Positions 1 through 12,083 of a stretch of 64,000 nt of DNA are shown piece after piece (the first letter of the stretch is position 1; each line of letters begins with the position of its first letter). The stretch is from Bugula neritina (taxonomy: Eukaryota > Animalia > Bryozoa). Location of the stretch: positions 6,680,889 through 6,744,888 of the forward strand of contig OZ037772.1 in NCBI GenBank assembly GCA_964035545.1, written 5' to 3'. A model generated the notes under the pieces. The model was not told the DNA's origin. It did no database searches and saw nothing but the letters and a program-made list of their open reading frames with translations. The translations under genes were made by a program, and so were the position numbers.

Positions 1-2822
1 AACACAAGCTGAGGTGCATCGTCTGCTGAAAGAGGGTCATGTGACTGAGAAGATCAGAGAAAAGAAGAGACTAGCCAAAGAGATGGAAAGGCATGATGTA
101 GAAAATCTGGGTGATTGTAATCTCACTGATCTACCAACCTTAATAGAGACAGGTTTGTGATGTTTTCAATTGACAATTAAGTAACATCTGCCAATTAGTT
201 GGCTCTTTCAAGAAATGACTTGCAAAATGTTATCTCTCTCTCTCTCTTTCTCTCTCCCTTTTTCAGTCAGTCGATGCAAATGTGAATGTTTCACAATTTG
301 GTCTTGAATTTGGTTGCAGCCTTTCACGCAACTCTGTACTGCCAGTGGTCTGTTTTCAGGAACTCAAGTTGATTATTCTCCCTTTCATATTTTTCTTAGC
401 AACATCTTCAAGTCTGAGTCTAAGCTGCCCTCCATTCCTTTTGCCGTTTTTCAGCTGAAAGTGAATCAATTTTCTTCGTAGCTGGCTATCTTCCTTCCTG
501 TGCACATGGCTTACCCGTCTCAGGTTATTTTCAAAAAGAATGTCAGCCATGCTTGGCAAGTTGTAACATCTTAGTATTTCTTCATTCATAACTTTGTCAC
601 ATCATTTTACAGCAAATGTCTCTACTTTGCCGCATCATGAAAGCGCTTAGATTCTTCACCTGTGTCCTTTATAATGTCCATGTTTCTGCTCTATGCAGCA
701 GACCTGAGAACACCATGAAGTGTTCTGTAGACTTTACACTTCACCCTTATAGATACTCGTCTGCTGTTCTAAAGTCTCTGCTGCAATTCTCCGTAAGCCA
801 CACTTGCTTTGTCCAGTCTGTTCCGCAGCCCTTTATCTATTTTTGCCAAACAGGAAACAGTGATTCTTAGATTAGTACAAGTACAGCTGGTTCATCATCT
901 ATTTTGATAACCTCAAGTTAATATGGAGAGTGAATAAGTTTGATTGGCTAGTACATGCATCTACCTTCTGAATGTTGATTTTTTACATTAGTACCTACAT
1001 ACAATATCTTATGTGAGCAGTGAAATACATTTACACACTGTATAAGCTGAAAGATCATTTAGCTATTTCTCTAAAAAGCTGCTAAAGACCCACAACTGTT
1101 AGTCATTACATTTCATGTGTCGCCACCACTGCAAGACAACATAGTTTACTTTAAACCATGTCGATAACTCACTTAACGGTTTGTTTATTGTAGTTGAAAA
1201 ATTAAATTATAAATAAATTATTATTCTTCCTTTGTATGACAAGCACCATAGTCATGCAGTGTGTTAATTTAATACTTCTTAAAAAACCATTACTATGCTA
1301 TATACTATATATGTGCACACATATCACACATATGTACACATACATATACATACACACATACATACATATAATATTATACTGTATATACATAAATACATAA
1401 CATGCATATATACATGTATGCATCTTATATTCACATATAACACACATAAATTGCACATATGAACATATATAATAATTATAGGAGTTACAGACATCTATAA
1501 GCAAAAATGTACAAAACTTATAGAAATTGCATCAGATACCCATCTAATTTTCTTAGTTATAGGTTTATGGTAACTATCATAAAATCAGGAAATATTTTTG
1601 AGCAAATAAATGCTTTCTAATAAAAATTGATTTCTAATAAACAAACTGAATGATTAACTCTATATTTCATCTTACAGGTCAAAACACAAGTAGACTGTTG
1701 AATCTCAGTCTAGTAATAGTTCCTTCTTCACTGAGATTCATATCTGAACATGAGACAAGTATTGGGTGTTACTCAGCCAATCACAGACAAGACGGTGACA
1801 TACTCATAGGTACTTATAATGGAATACAGTTACTGAGCAGAAATAGTAATGAACTGAGTGGATACAGTACAAGTGAGAAGATAGTAACAGGAGTAGTTGA
1901 GACCCTTCAGAATGCATTCATTCTACACAGAGAAGGTGACATATCTAAGGTAGACATGTGTTTAGCTGGTGACATCACAAAGAGACAACAACTGTTTCAG
2001 TTTGATAGAACAGGTAATGGTGCAGCAGTAATGGCAGTCTCTGACAGATATGTTGTGGTGGATCATCCAGATACTAAACAGCTGATCATCTATGATTTCA
2101 TCACTAAACAGACAGAGACTATTCGTCCTGATGTGTATCCACTTGGTCTACACTTTCTACCAGATGGTCATCTGCTAGTAGTTGGTGGAGAAAAACTGAT
2201 CAAGTACAAAGTAGAGAATGGAAAGCTGACTACAGTATGGAGATGTGATGGTGTAACAGATGGATACGGTGTCTGTGCAGATTCTAATGATCTCATCTAC
2301 GTTTCTGGAAGAAGCTTGAAGTTGCTTTACATCATTTCTCCATCAGGTGCGGTTGCTTAAGCATGTGTATGCTGCGAGTAGAAAACTCCAAATATAATTT
2401 CAGAGTTCATCAAAAGTTTTGGAAATAACGAAAAATCTTAGCAAAACATATATTGAAAGTTTTGGAAATACTGTGTTCTGCTGTATCAAATTACTGCGTC
2501 TCCATAATAATATAGTCACATTAAGCTGAAATCTAGGTTTGCGCATTCCCACATTTTTCCCCAATTCACATGCAAACCTTGTCTATAAATTATGAAGTAA
2601 ATTGAGTGCACTTTCGATAAAATTTCTTATAAACCTATTAGGTTTACTTTGTTTACATTGCTAGTGTATATTTGTATATATTAAACAGGTGCTCTTCTCA
2701 AGACACTGACTCATGATAAATTACCATCTATTTTTTCTGGAGTACCGAGTATCAGAGATGGGATACTGGCTGTACCTGGTTGGGATGAGAAAAAGTTGTA
2801 TCTTTTTGAAATAAAAACCTAA
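1..2822 (+). CDS. TRIM-like gene copy A (5' part outside window): coiled-coil exon 2, beta-propeller exon, terminal exon
   Basis: Exons <1-152, 1678-2346 and 2689-2822 have GT-AG boundaries and phase-1 junctions, and read open: ...LIETG|QNTSRLL...IISPSG|ALLKTLTHDKLP...GWDEKKLYLFEIKT*. Exon sizes (669, 134 nt) match copies C and E. Confidence 0.88.
232..900 (-). mobile_element. RTE-clade LINE 3' fragment in intron 5 of copy A
   Basis: Minus-strand translation NEEILRCYNLPSMADIL...LRRVSHVHR...QLKNGKRNGGQLRLRLEDVAKKNMK resembles the RTE C-terminal region. Ends in a (GA)n tail. Absent from the equivalent intron of copy E. Boundaries approximate. Confidence 0.75.
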
Positions 2823-3879
2823 GTAATATGCTAAGCAAATGGTAAACTTGGTTTTTAATATGCTCTATGTTTTACATTTTCATTCATATTGTTCAAAATT
2901 TGGATTTATGGCAAAATTTGTTGCTCTTATAACTGAATGAGTTAGCTTTTCACAAGTCTAATGACATTTTTTAAACATTCGTTATGAATATGGTTTCAAA
3001 AAGTCTGAAAACAGCCAAAAAAAACATTTTTATTATGATTCTTGCCACAAATACTTATCCTTGTTTGATTGATAACGACACATTGAATCGTATCTAATAA
3101 TTATGTTTGTCATGTTGCCTTTTATAGTTAGTCGAGCCTAATCAGAGCCGGTTACCAAAATAATCACTTCCCTAATACATCTTTTTTGCATATATTATAT
3201 TATATAAGTATACTCATATTCAAAAGTTGCTTGTTTAGCGTAACATCCAAGCATGTACACATATCATATTATATTACTATTAAAAAAGTATATTAATATA
3301 CTATATATAGCAGTCTGCTTGTTATAATTATTTACTTCTCAAACAAATTTGAAGTTTTTTTCACAATTTTTTTTAAATATTTGATAAAAACTAAAAAAAA
3401 ATAAAACACACAAGTTTAAAGCTATAGATATGTGGCCATTAATTGTTGTCACTGAGCTAGCTAAAACTATAGCATGTGTTTGCAAATAGTTCTTGTCATA
3501 ACTTATAGTAGACAGAATGTTTGCAACTGTCTATTGCTGCATGTGAATAAGAAATTTATAAAAGAATTTGGCGTTTCCATACATAGTATTAAATAGTTTG
3601 TATAGAAAAGCTGCATTTTAAGACATGGAATACTAACCACTTTATAATCTATAATCTATATGTGATTGCATACAACTAAAATCTTTATACTAATTAATAT
3701 TTAATAATCGAGACTAGCATAGAAGTTTTTCAAGTAGTAAAAGGTGGTAGGTAACTAATATTCACAAACCTTGTCTATAATTAGTTATGAAGTAAATTGA
3801 GTGCACTTTGAAATATTTTTTATAAACATTCCAGTTTACTTTGTTCCCATTGCAGTGTATAGCTGTAAATATTAAACAG

Positions 3880-4010
3880 GCGTTGTTCTCAAGAGACTGA
3901 CTCATGATAAGTTACCAACTGCGTTTGCTGGAGTAACAAGTATCAGAGATGGAATACTGGCTGTACCTGGTTGGGGAGACAAGAAAGTGTATCTGTTCAA
4001 TATGCAGTAG
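3880..4010 (+). CDS. Second, duplicated terminal exon of copy A (candidate alternative last exon)
   Basis: ttaaacag acceptor preceded by ~120 bp of duplicated intron-6 sequence. Same phase, open frame (G)[42 protein letters not shown]. Confidence 0.7.
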
Positions 4011-5980
4011 AAATCTCCAGCATTGTAAAGCTTGACAATTCAATAATTCCTGTTTCAAACAATTATTTATCTGTATTATCCTAAATATGTTTCACCTTCC
4101 ATCTGAATATATGTGCGAGTGGATTATGTCCTGCTCTCCCTTCATATATATAAGATTATCAATAACTATTTCGGTAAATAAACAATTCAATAATTCCTGT
4201 TTCAAACAATTATTTATCTGTATTATCCAAAATAATTTCTGTCCTCTATCTAAAAATATGAAGTTATATCCTACTGTCACTTCATATATATAAGATTATC
4301 AATAATCATTTCGGTGGATAAACAAGTGTTAATAAGAAATTACATCATAATTATGTTTGATATATATTTACAAAGTAATTCAATTACATCTTCATGTTTT
4401 TGAATACAAGATTGCTAACAATTACTCTCCGAAATTTATATTTAATTTTACTACCGTCACAACGTTTCAACAGTAAATCATTTCAAATATTATTATACTG
4501 TACTGACTAATCTTTTATGCTGGTTATTTTGTTTAAATTTTCACTTTTACATTTATTGAAACACTTTTAATTTTGAATTCATATGCATGCATTCAGAAAG
4601 ATCATTTATAAATCAATTATTTTAACATTGTTATCATTAGCCTATATATTAAAATATATTTTGTAAAAAGAAATATTCCATCTAATTAACGTTACCAACC
4701 ATGCATGTTAATTCATATAACTTGAATATGTTGTAATTGTTATAATGCTATATCTCTTTACTTGCTAATTTATTTATAAATTTCAAGATTTTTTCTTTCA
4801 TCAAGCTTGATGATAATATTGTCCAATCAAGTTCGGCGAAAAACAACAACGTTGAAACAAGGCCAAAAAATATAACACTATAAATGGAAGTTCGCTGCAT
4901 TTTTTAAAAAGTGGAGACATACAGATATAAATGCATGTGCCTCTTTCAGCACAGTTTCTTTCTACAATTGCTGAGAACACACAATACCAAGATATATTAT
5001 ATATACTACGAAATACCACATTCTTCAGAAAAGCACAAAAGGGGTTCTATAATAGCTATACAAAAAGCATTGGAAATACCACTGCAAAACTGTATAGCAC
5101 TATAAATAGTAGAAACTATTCTGTTATAAGTTACAAAGGAATTAAAAAAATGTTGTGTTTCGATGCCATGCATGATTACATGATTATATTAGATTGCGGT
5201 TCTGCGAAGCTTTTTATTATTGTGTGGAATGTTTAAAAAAAGTAAAAAAAGCTACTTATATAAATAAACACTAAATTAAAATGTAGTTTATTATTTTATA
5301 AGCACATGGTAAGCTTTATATAGGCAGAGTAAAATGTATTTTATTTCTTATCTAATACATAGTTTGGCTGTGTGTGAAACCTGCATAATTTGTGATCATT
5401 GGGTGTCTCAAAATATGCAAGATTAGCTATATACCAACACAAAATTACAGCTATACATTACATAACTATCAATTGGCAAAAGCTTGCTATAGTAACATCT
5501 GTCTTTCTTGCTCATTGTAATACTCACTATAGCATATGCATTTGTGATTACATAAAACAACTCATTACATATTGTATCATAACATTATTTGATTGATTCA
5601 ATAAAATTAATGCTTTTGGCAACAAAAAATGCTGAGCTAGCTGTGGGTACTATAGCTCTCAGCTTGTACTGAATATACAAAGGCTATACTGATTAACTTA
5701 TATTATTGTCTCAGACAGCTCCTAGTATATATGTAAAGCAGTAGGAGCAAAGGCTGTTGATACAGATACTAAAGCAATACTAATTGATTTCTTTTGATTC
5801 TATTATAACTAAATGCTTGCAATTACAAAAAATTAATATGTTTTATAGAATAAAATTCTAAGCCAGCATTATTATGATTAAAGCTATAGACATGATAAAT
5901 ACGGATACAATTTTGCATATTACAGAGTGCAGTAAGTCCAGAGGAGACAAAAGAACCTACCAGAAGACAAAGACAAAAAC

Positions 5981-6133
5981 AAATGAAACTGACTGCCGTT
6001 TTGTATGTAGGTTACTCCTTCAACTGTTTTCTGCTTCAGTATAGCTACATACCATCTACTGTATCACTCCACTGCTTACTACTCTAGTATAACTATACAC
6101 CAATTACTGTATCACTGATAAGGAAAGGTGAGT
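5981..6133 (+). promoter_or_regulatory. Repeated promoter/non-coding first-exon-like module M1
   Basis: AAATGAAACTGAC, then conserved cagtatagctac...tactgtatcact repeats, then AG|GTGAGT donor at 6128. Homologous to 10 other modules. Function is inferred. Confidence 0.45.
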
Positions 6134-7198
6134 TGAAAACATGAACACGTTTCCTTTTCCATATTTCACTTGACTTCTTTTGAGGTCGAGGTATAGATAT
6201 GCTCTGGTGATTAGCTATTCATAATTTTTCCTACAAATTGTCTATTTATCAATCTTGATGTCATATTTCTGATTTAGTCTTGGTTTGAAATTTTCCTATA
6301 TTATCATATTATAACAATTTCTTTTTATATTAAACTTGGACTGCATATGTTTTTTTTCATTTTAACCAAGTACACTTAAATCAAATTTATGATTCTAATA
6401 TTTTAGTTTAATAAAATTGGGGCAACGTACTGCATCTTTTATCTCATCATTTGCTTGTGAAATGTACTTTTGAATGAAAAACAAAAGTATAATAAATTTT
6501 AGAAAATGCATAAATATTGGCATTCAATAATTCATAATCAATTTATTAGATAAATGTTATTAACATGCTACATATGTAGCAAAACAGTCTATAGCTATCT
6601 GGCTTATAGTATAACTACCTGGTAGAAACTGACGCACTTGTGTCTTATTCAAAAATAGAAGCTGCGCAAACTATTTGCAATTAGTAAGAAAACTGGAAAA
6701 TTATAAGTATTGGAACATTCTTGGCTATATAACTTGAATACAGATCATTAATAGTAATGCAAAAATCAATATCATAATCTAAATATTGCAGAAAGAATTG
6801 AAGATAAACATAGAGAACATATTAAAATGTTGCTTCATAGTTTTTGACACTAACGTAGCTGCAGTATTCAAATACAGACGCCATCATATTGTCTCCCCAA
6901 CATTTGGATGTTTGTGTTTTATAAAATGTTCTACCAACATTCTGTAAGCACATAAAATAAATATTTGCATAATGCTGCATAAGTGTGTAATGCTGCTGGT
7001 ATAAAATGTTGTGAGTCAACATCAATATACTATAAAGTGTAGACATGTTATGTTCTATAGATATCGAGCAAGGTTTTGAGAAACGGTGCCAACAAAGTTT
7101 TTCATCAACAACTCTGTATGACTGTCACTATATATGATGTAGCATTAAATATATGCAAGGTTTTTTAAAGCAGTTGTAAACTATTGTTATTAGAACAC

Positions 7199-9499
7199 TG
7201 GTTTACAACTGTTTTTACAACTATGCAGCATTATGCAAACATTTATTTTATGTGCTTACATTGCTGCACTTTATCTAATAAAAGCTTGCCCATTCGCTTT
7301 TGCACATGACCTACGCATTCAAGTTTCTCAACAACAACATCTGGGCCATAGGGTTGGGCATTACTTACAGCACTATAAGACTTGGAGTCTCTATCCCCTA
7401 AATATTTTACAAACCGTACTCCTCTCTTTTCGACTGACCTCCTGAAAATTCTAACCATACCTACCGGCTCCATACCACTAGCTGAACCCTCATGATTTTT
7501 GACACAACTATGCTCTGGTGGTATACTATCTTTATGACTGGCACATGTAAAACAATAACTAGAGAGAACTTCAGTATCAACTACTTTACCTGGTTTTCCT
7601 ACTGAGTGGGTAATAACAGTAGCTACCCCATTCTTACTACTAAAGCCCCTACGCTGCCAGGTAACATCACAAGATACTGTTATATCACTACTGTTACTCA
7701 TACTAGCAGCTTCCCTGGCAGCCTGGTCCATTGACTTACTAGCTAGCTCCTTAGTAATTTTACCAAGTCGCTCTACATCCTTGGCCCACTCACTAAAAGC
7801 AACAGGTGGGGGCAAACCTAGATGAGCAGAAATAGTTGCAGCAGTACTTCTATGCCCACCTGCCAAGGTTGTACCAAAAGCCAACCGAGTATTCAAAGAA
7901 AACCTATGATCTACATCACGATCACTCATTACACTACTTTCAATAAGAACACCACAAACAGAACAGGTAAAATCAAAAGCTGGTACAATTCCACTATGGC
8001 ATTTTACACTAATTCGCAAGGACATAGCAGGGTGATCTTTACAAGCAATACTACCAGATGACAACCTACCCATAAGTTCTAAAACTAACTTAGTCTGCAC
8101 TATAATACTGTCAGGCTGAGAATTTGCAGAACTAAATAAGAAATTTGAAGTACTTAGCTGATCATTTAGTTTAGCAGAGCTGGCAGTTGCAGCAGGAGTA
8201 GTGCCGGTAACTGTAGGTGTAGCATCACTAGTCAGACTCAAAGAGCTGGAGGCAGTCGGTGGTATAAGTTGATGGTCAGATGCAGCAGACTGGGGCTCCA
8301 ATTGAAAGTCCATAGTACTAACTGAAAAGCTTGTAGATGCACTTAGATGTGCAGTAGAGTTAGTTACATTAGTGTTACTAATAGTAGTAGCGATAACTGG
8401 CGTAGCGATAACTGGCGTAGCGGTGCTGGCAATAGCTAGTAGTAGTAGTAGTAGTAATCGTCATGGGTGGTCTAGTAGTAGGCGTAGTTGTGGGCGTCGT
8501 TGCACTTGCAGGCGTCGTAGCACTTGCAGGCGTCGTAGTAGTAGTACTAGTAGTAATATCAAGTAGTACTGGGTCAGCTTTTCTGTACTGATTTCCTCGA
8601 AACTGCCTTTTTTTAACCTTAGGCATGTTTACTGTGTCTGTAGTATACGTGCTGCTATGTTAGAGACTTATATAACGAGTCGGTACGAATATAAATATTA
8701 TGTAATATTACTAATGTCAAAATAAGTAAATCACGGCACTTCGTAAAACAAAATGTTGATAAATATAAAGTCAAATATGTCTTCTCTTTATTTTCACCGG
8801 TTGTAGAAGATCTAGATGAAGGATTGATGGTAAATTATCAGATTGTTTTGGCAGTTTGGAATATTGCGTGTAGCTTCTTTGTTCGTTTTGGCAAACAGGA
8901 TGTGCGTCACAGATCACGCGATAAGCACAGCCAATAAATGAAGTGAATCACGGGTCACGGGGTCAGGGTAATAAAATTCGACAAAACTATGCCAAATCAA
9001 TTATCTTTGTTTTGCCTCAATGCGCTTACTGAGAGGTGTTATACACGGCCCATTAGTAAAGTAGACTTTTCTGAAACTAATGCTGTACAGTGCAACTGAG
9101 AATGCCGAGTTGAAAACAGTTAACAATGGTGCTAAAGTTAGTGATTATGGCTGCATTTTTTTTGTTTTTCACACCAGTTGCAACAAAGGGGTAACTTTAA
9201 ATACACAATTTTAATAGAAAGAAAAGTAGAATATCAAAAAGAATCACATCACTCGAATCTGGAAATTTTAGAGTTTTTATGCATAGTAAAATCAAAATAT
9301 GGCCAAATTGACCACAATTTCTTAATTTTTTAATCATAGAATGTTGGTGGAAAATTTTATAAAACATCAATTTCCAAATGTTTGGGGAGACAATATGATG
9401 GCGTTTGTATTTAAATACTGCAGCTACATTAGTGTCAAAAACTATGAAGCAACATTTTAATATGTTCTCTATATGCTTCTCTTCAATTCCTTTTTAAAA
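7199..9499 (-). mobile_element. 2.3-kb insertion carrying a truncated DNA transposon plus an inverted host fragment
   Basis: Absent from paralogous sites (~19070, ~45900). Flanked by an 11-bp direct repeat TATTAGAACAC (7188-7198, 9500-9510). Contains the transposase pseudogene. Confidence 0.75.
7243..8626 (-). pseudogene. DDE transposase (Mutator-like PF20700 / Kolobok-type), frameshifted and C-terminally truncated
   Basis: Motifs VSCDVTWQRRGFSSKNG, GKVVDTEVLSSYC, NHEGSASGME, YLGDRDSK and LECVGHVQKRMG in ORF 7243-8313. The basic N-terminus MPKVKKRQFRGNQY lies in a separate frame (8378-8626) across a T/P/A low-complexity tract. Usual DG motifs read DV and DR. Confidence 0.85.
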
Positions 9500-9938
9500 T
9501 ATTAGAACACGTATTTTCACTTTAGCTGACAATGTTGGCAGATATTTTGTTAGAAGCGCTTTCTAATCGTTGTAGTAAAATATGCGTATCACACTTTAAT
9601 ATTTTGTGTGGTTTGATAATTTTATGGTTCAAAAACTATGAGCAATTATTACAAAAATAAACTATAAAAAACAATCATAACACCATATATAAAGCTTTAT
9701 TCAATATTTCAAAAATAAATTTTTTAATATTTATTGGAATAATATTCCAGATTTAAGAAAAATGTAATGCAGCTACTATATTGACAGCATGAAAACTTCT
9801 CAAAGGCAACTAAGAGATTTCTCTGCCGTCCTTCTTCGAACAACCATTTTTTGAGATTAAAAGTAGATACTCAGATATAACAACTTTACAGAAGAACAGA
9901 ATGTCGCTGTAAATTACTTTTGTATTGCGTCTTCTTTT

Positions 9939-10359
9939 GGGTCAGTTTACTTCATTTAGTACACACCAGCAAATTATGACCTAACATTAAAGTTTGCTCC
10001 AAATCCATTGAAATTTACTATACATGGTATTTTTATGTGCTGGTTTTAATTACGCATAACAGCAAAGGCTGGGAGGGGATTCCCCAACATTAAAGCACAG
10101 GTCATTGTCATATGCACTTAATATTCTATATGCACGGACCGTTACGAAAAACCGTAACGGTCCGTAACCAAAACTAGCTGAATAATTAGGGAAAAACGTG
10201 GGAAATGAAACAAAATTAAAAAGAACTTTGATTATTTAGGTATATTTATTGGTGCTTAACTAGTTTTGGCCAAAAAACCATGCTCATTACCAGCTAAATT
10301 GTGAAAAATAGCTAAAAACTGAAGATTTCGAGTGTGTACTAAATTAAGTAAAATGACCC
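9939..10359. mobile_element. MITE with ~27-bp TIRs (GGGTCA.TTTACTT.ATTTAGTACAC), 4-bp TSD TTTT; possibly Sola2-type
   Basis: TIRs visible at both ends. Empty site cttcttttctgatg in the paralogous region at ~46325. GRG termini with a 4-bp TSD fit Sola2 (family call tentative). Confidence 0.85.
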
Positions 10360-11119
10360 TTTTCTGATGCACCACAATCCAGTACACAATCCTACACAAC
10401 CTACTACAAAGTCTTATGAATGTGAAAACTTAATGACTTGCACTATAAATACCAGGATTAGTCAATTCTTGACACCTACATTGAGATGCTTTCCTAGATG
10501 TAACAAGTAATGGCTACTCAAAGTAATGCTAAGTTGAAATAAATCTATAGTCAAATATTGGCTTTTGCAATAATGTTATGCTATCTTGTAATGTGGCGCT
10601 TTGAAGATAAGGTAATTGGTTGTTATAGTGTGCTCTATAGCTCTAAACTGTTTTCTTGCATAACGAGTTTTTTTGTTAGAGCTTAAGTACCATAATAATC
10701 ATCATCCCTGGAATTTGCTTATCACAATATATTGTTTGCAATGCATGAGTTTTATGGCTTTGACATTTGCATTTCAATCACCGGTAACTTTCAGATTGCA
10801 TTGGTATTTGAGTAATTGTTACAGGGTTGCAGCGTCAATTTGTTAGAGTTTTAGCTTGTAATTAGGCAGTAACTTGTTTCATTTAGTTTTTTTCACCTAA
10901 TCTTTAGATATGATAATTGTTTGAAAGCATAGCCCCTGTTCCTTTTGTTTAAATGGCAGCCATGATGCATCTTTTTTATATTAATAATAAAAAGTATTGT
11001 ATATAAGTATTGGTTAGCATTGCCTGGGTTTAGTGCCAAGCAGTTGAACAACGATGTTGTTTTTTTAGTTTCAAAATGTATATAGGAATTCTGCCACATT
11101 GCCACATCTGCCACATTAG

Positions 11120-11288
11120 ATATAAAATATAAAAAGTCAGGCAAAATAAGAAAAAAATTGAATTATTTAGTTGTATTTGTTATTATTCTATTAGTTTAAA
11201 GCAAAACATATATATTAGCAGCAAAATTGTAAAACAAAAGGTACAAACTAGAGTAATTTGGTGTGTAACAAATTAGGTAAAATGACCC
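11120..11288. mobile_element. Degenerate right end of the same MITE family (also at ~47085-47248)
   Basis: Ends gtgtaacaaattaggtaaaatgaccc, matching the right TIR at 10335-10359. No left TIR found. Confidence 0.5.
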
Positions 11289-11932
11289 ATCTCTACATTA
11301 CTGCAGACTTTCTTACTCAGTTTATGGCAGAATGTTGCACGAAAATACCTAAAAGCTTGTTCTAATTATTGCACAAATAGATAACAAGCAACAAAAGTCC
11401 TAACCAACTACATACAGTTTTATAGCATTGGGACTGCTGATAACCTATAATAACTAAGTACTTTCTCACAATTGAATATAAACTATAGGCTAAGTAATAA
11501 AGAAACTGGCGTATAGAGTTATTGATAACAAGATTAAGTTTAATTTAGAGTTTAGACATTGGGTTCATGCAATCAAAACATTTAAGAGGCAAGCTCAGCG
11601 GACATTCTAGCATAGAACCGCCCTGCAGTTATACAACTTGTTATAGTAAGTTTACCTTGGTGATGTGTGATAACATATTACAAACTAAAATATAATAATA
11701 AAGAAAAGCTAATTAGAAGAAAGTTATTAGCTGCTTATCTTTTGTTATTTGCACACACCACTTTAGCTGATCATAATTATATATTAATAATTCAAAATAC
11801 GTGCGAACATAGTATGTTTACATTACCATTACAATGTTTTATCTGATGGATAGCCTAGGATACTCTAACATAGACTAATCACAAGATATACTAGGTGGTA
11901 AGCTAAATAGTTTTGTTACATTTTCTAGTATC

Positions 11933-12083
11933 TGAATGAAACTGAACTAAGAACAGAGGCTATGTTGATAAAAGAAAACTGGCCATACTGCGCTTTGTAA
12001 TTAATTCATTTAGCAGTCAACTGCTTTAAAATAGCCTCGTACAATAACTATACTGTATTTTTGATTTGAAATTTGAGGTGAGT
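11933..12083 (+). promoter_or_regulatory. Proximal promoter/5' UTR exon module of copy B
   Basis: GAATGAAACTGAACT and GATAAAAGAAAACT motifs, AG|GTGAGT donor at 12078, short intron, and AG acceptors at 12257/12262 just before the ATG at 12275. Confidence 0.6.

Noticed and set aside
616-870. Plus-strand ORFs 616-870 and 40148-40465
   Set aside because: Antisense to the RTE fragment.
5983-6087. 34-aa ORF MKLTAVLYVGYSFNCFLLQYS... inside the repeated module
   Set aside because: The ATG is part of the AAATGAAACT motif and is absent in M9 and M10. The frame is not kept in M11 or the diverged modules.
6780-9503. Inverted repeat as the transposon's own long TIRs
   Set aside because: The left arm is present in paralogous spacers that lack the transposon, so it is host sequence.
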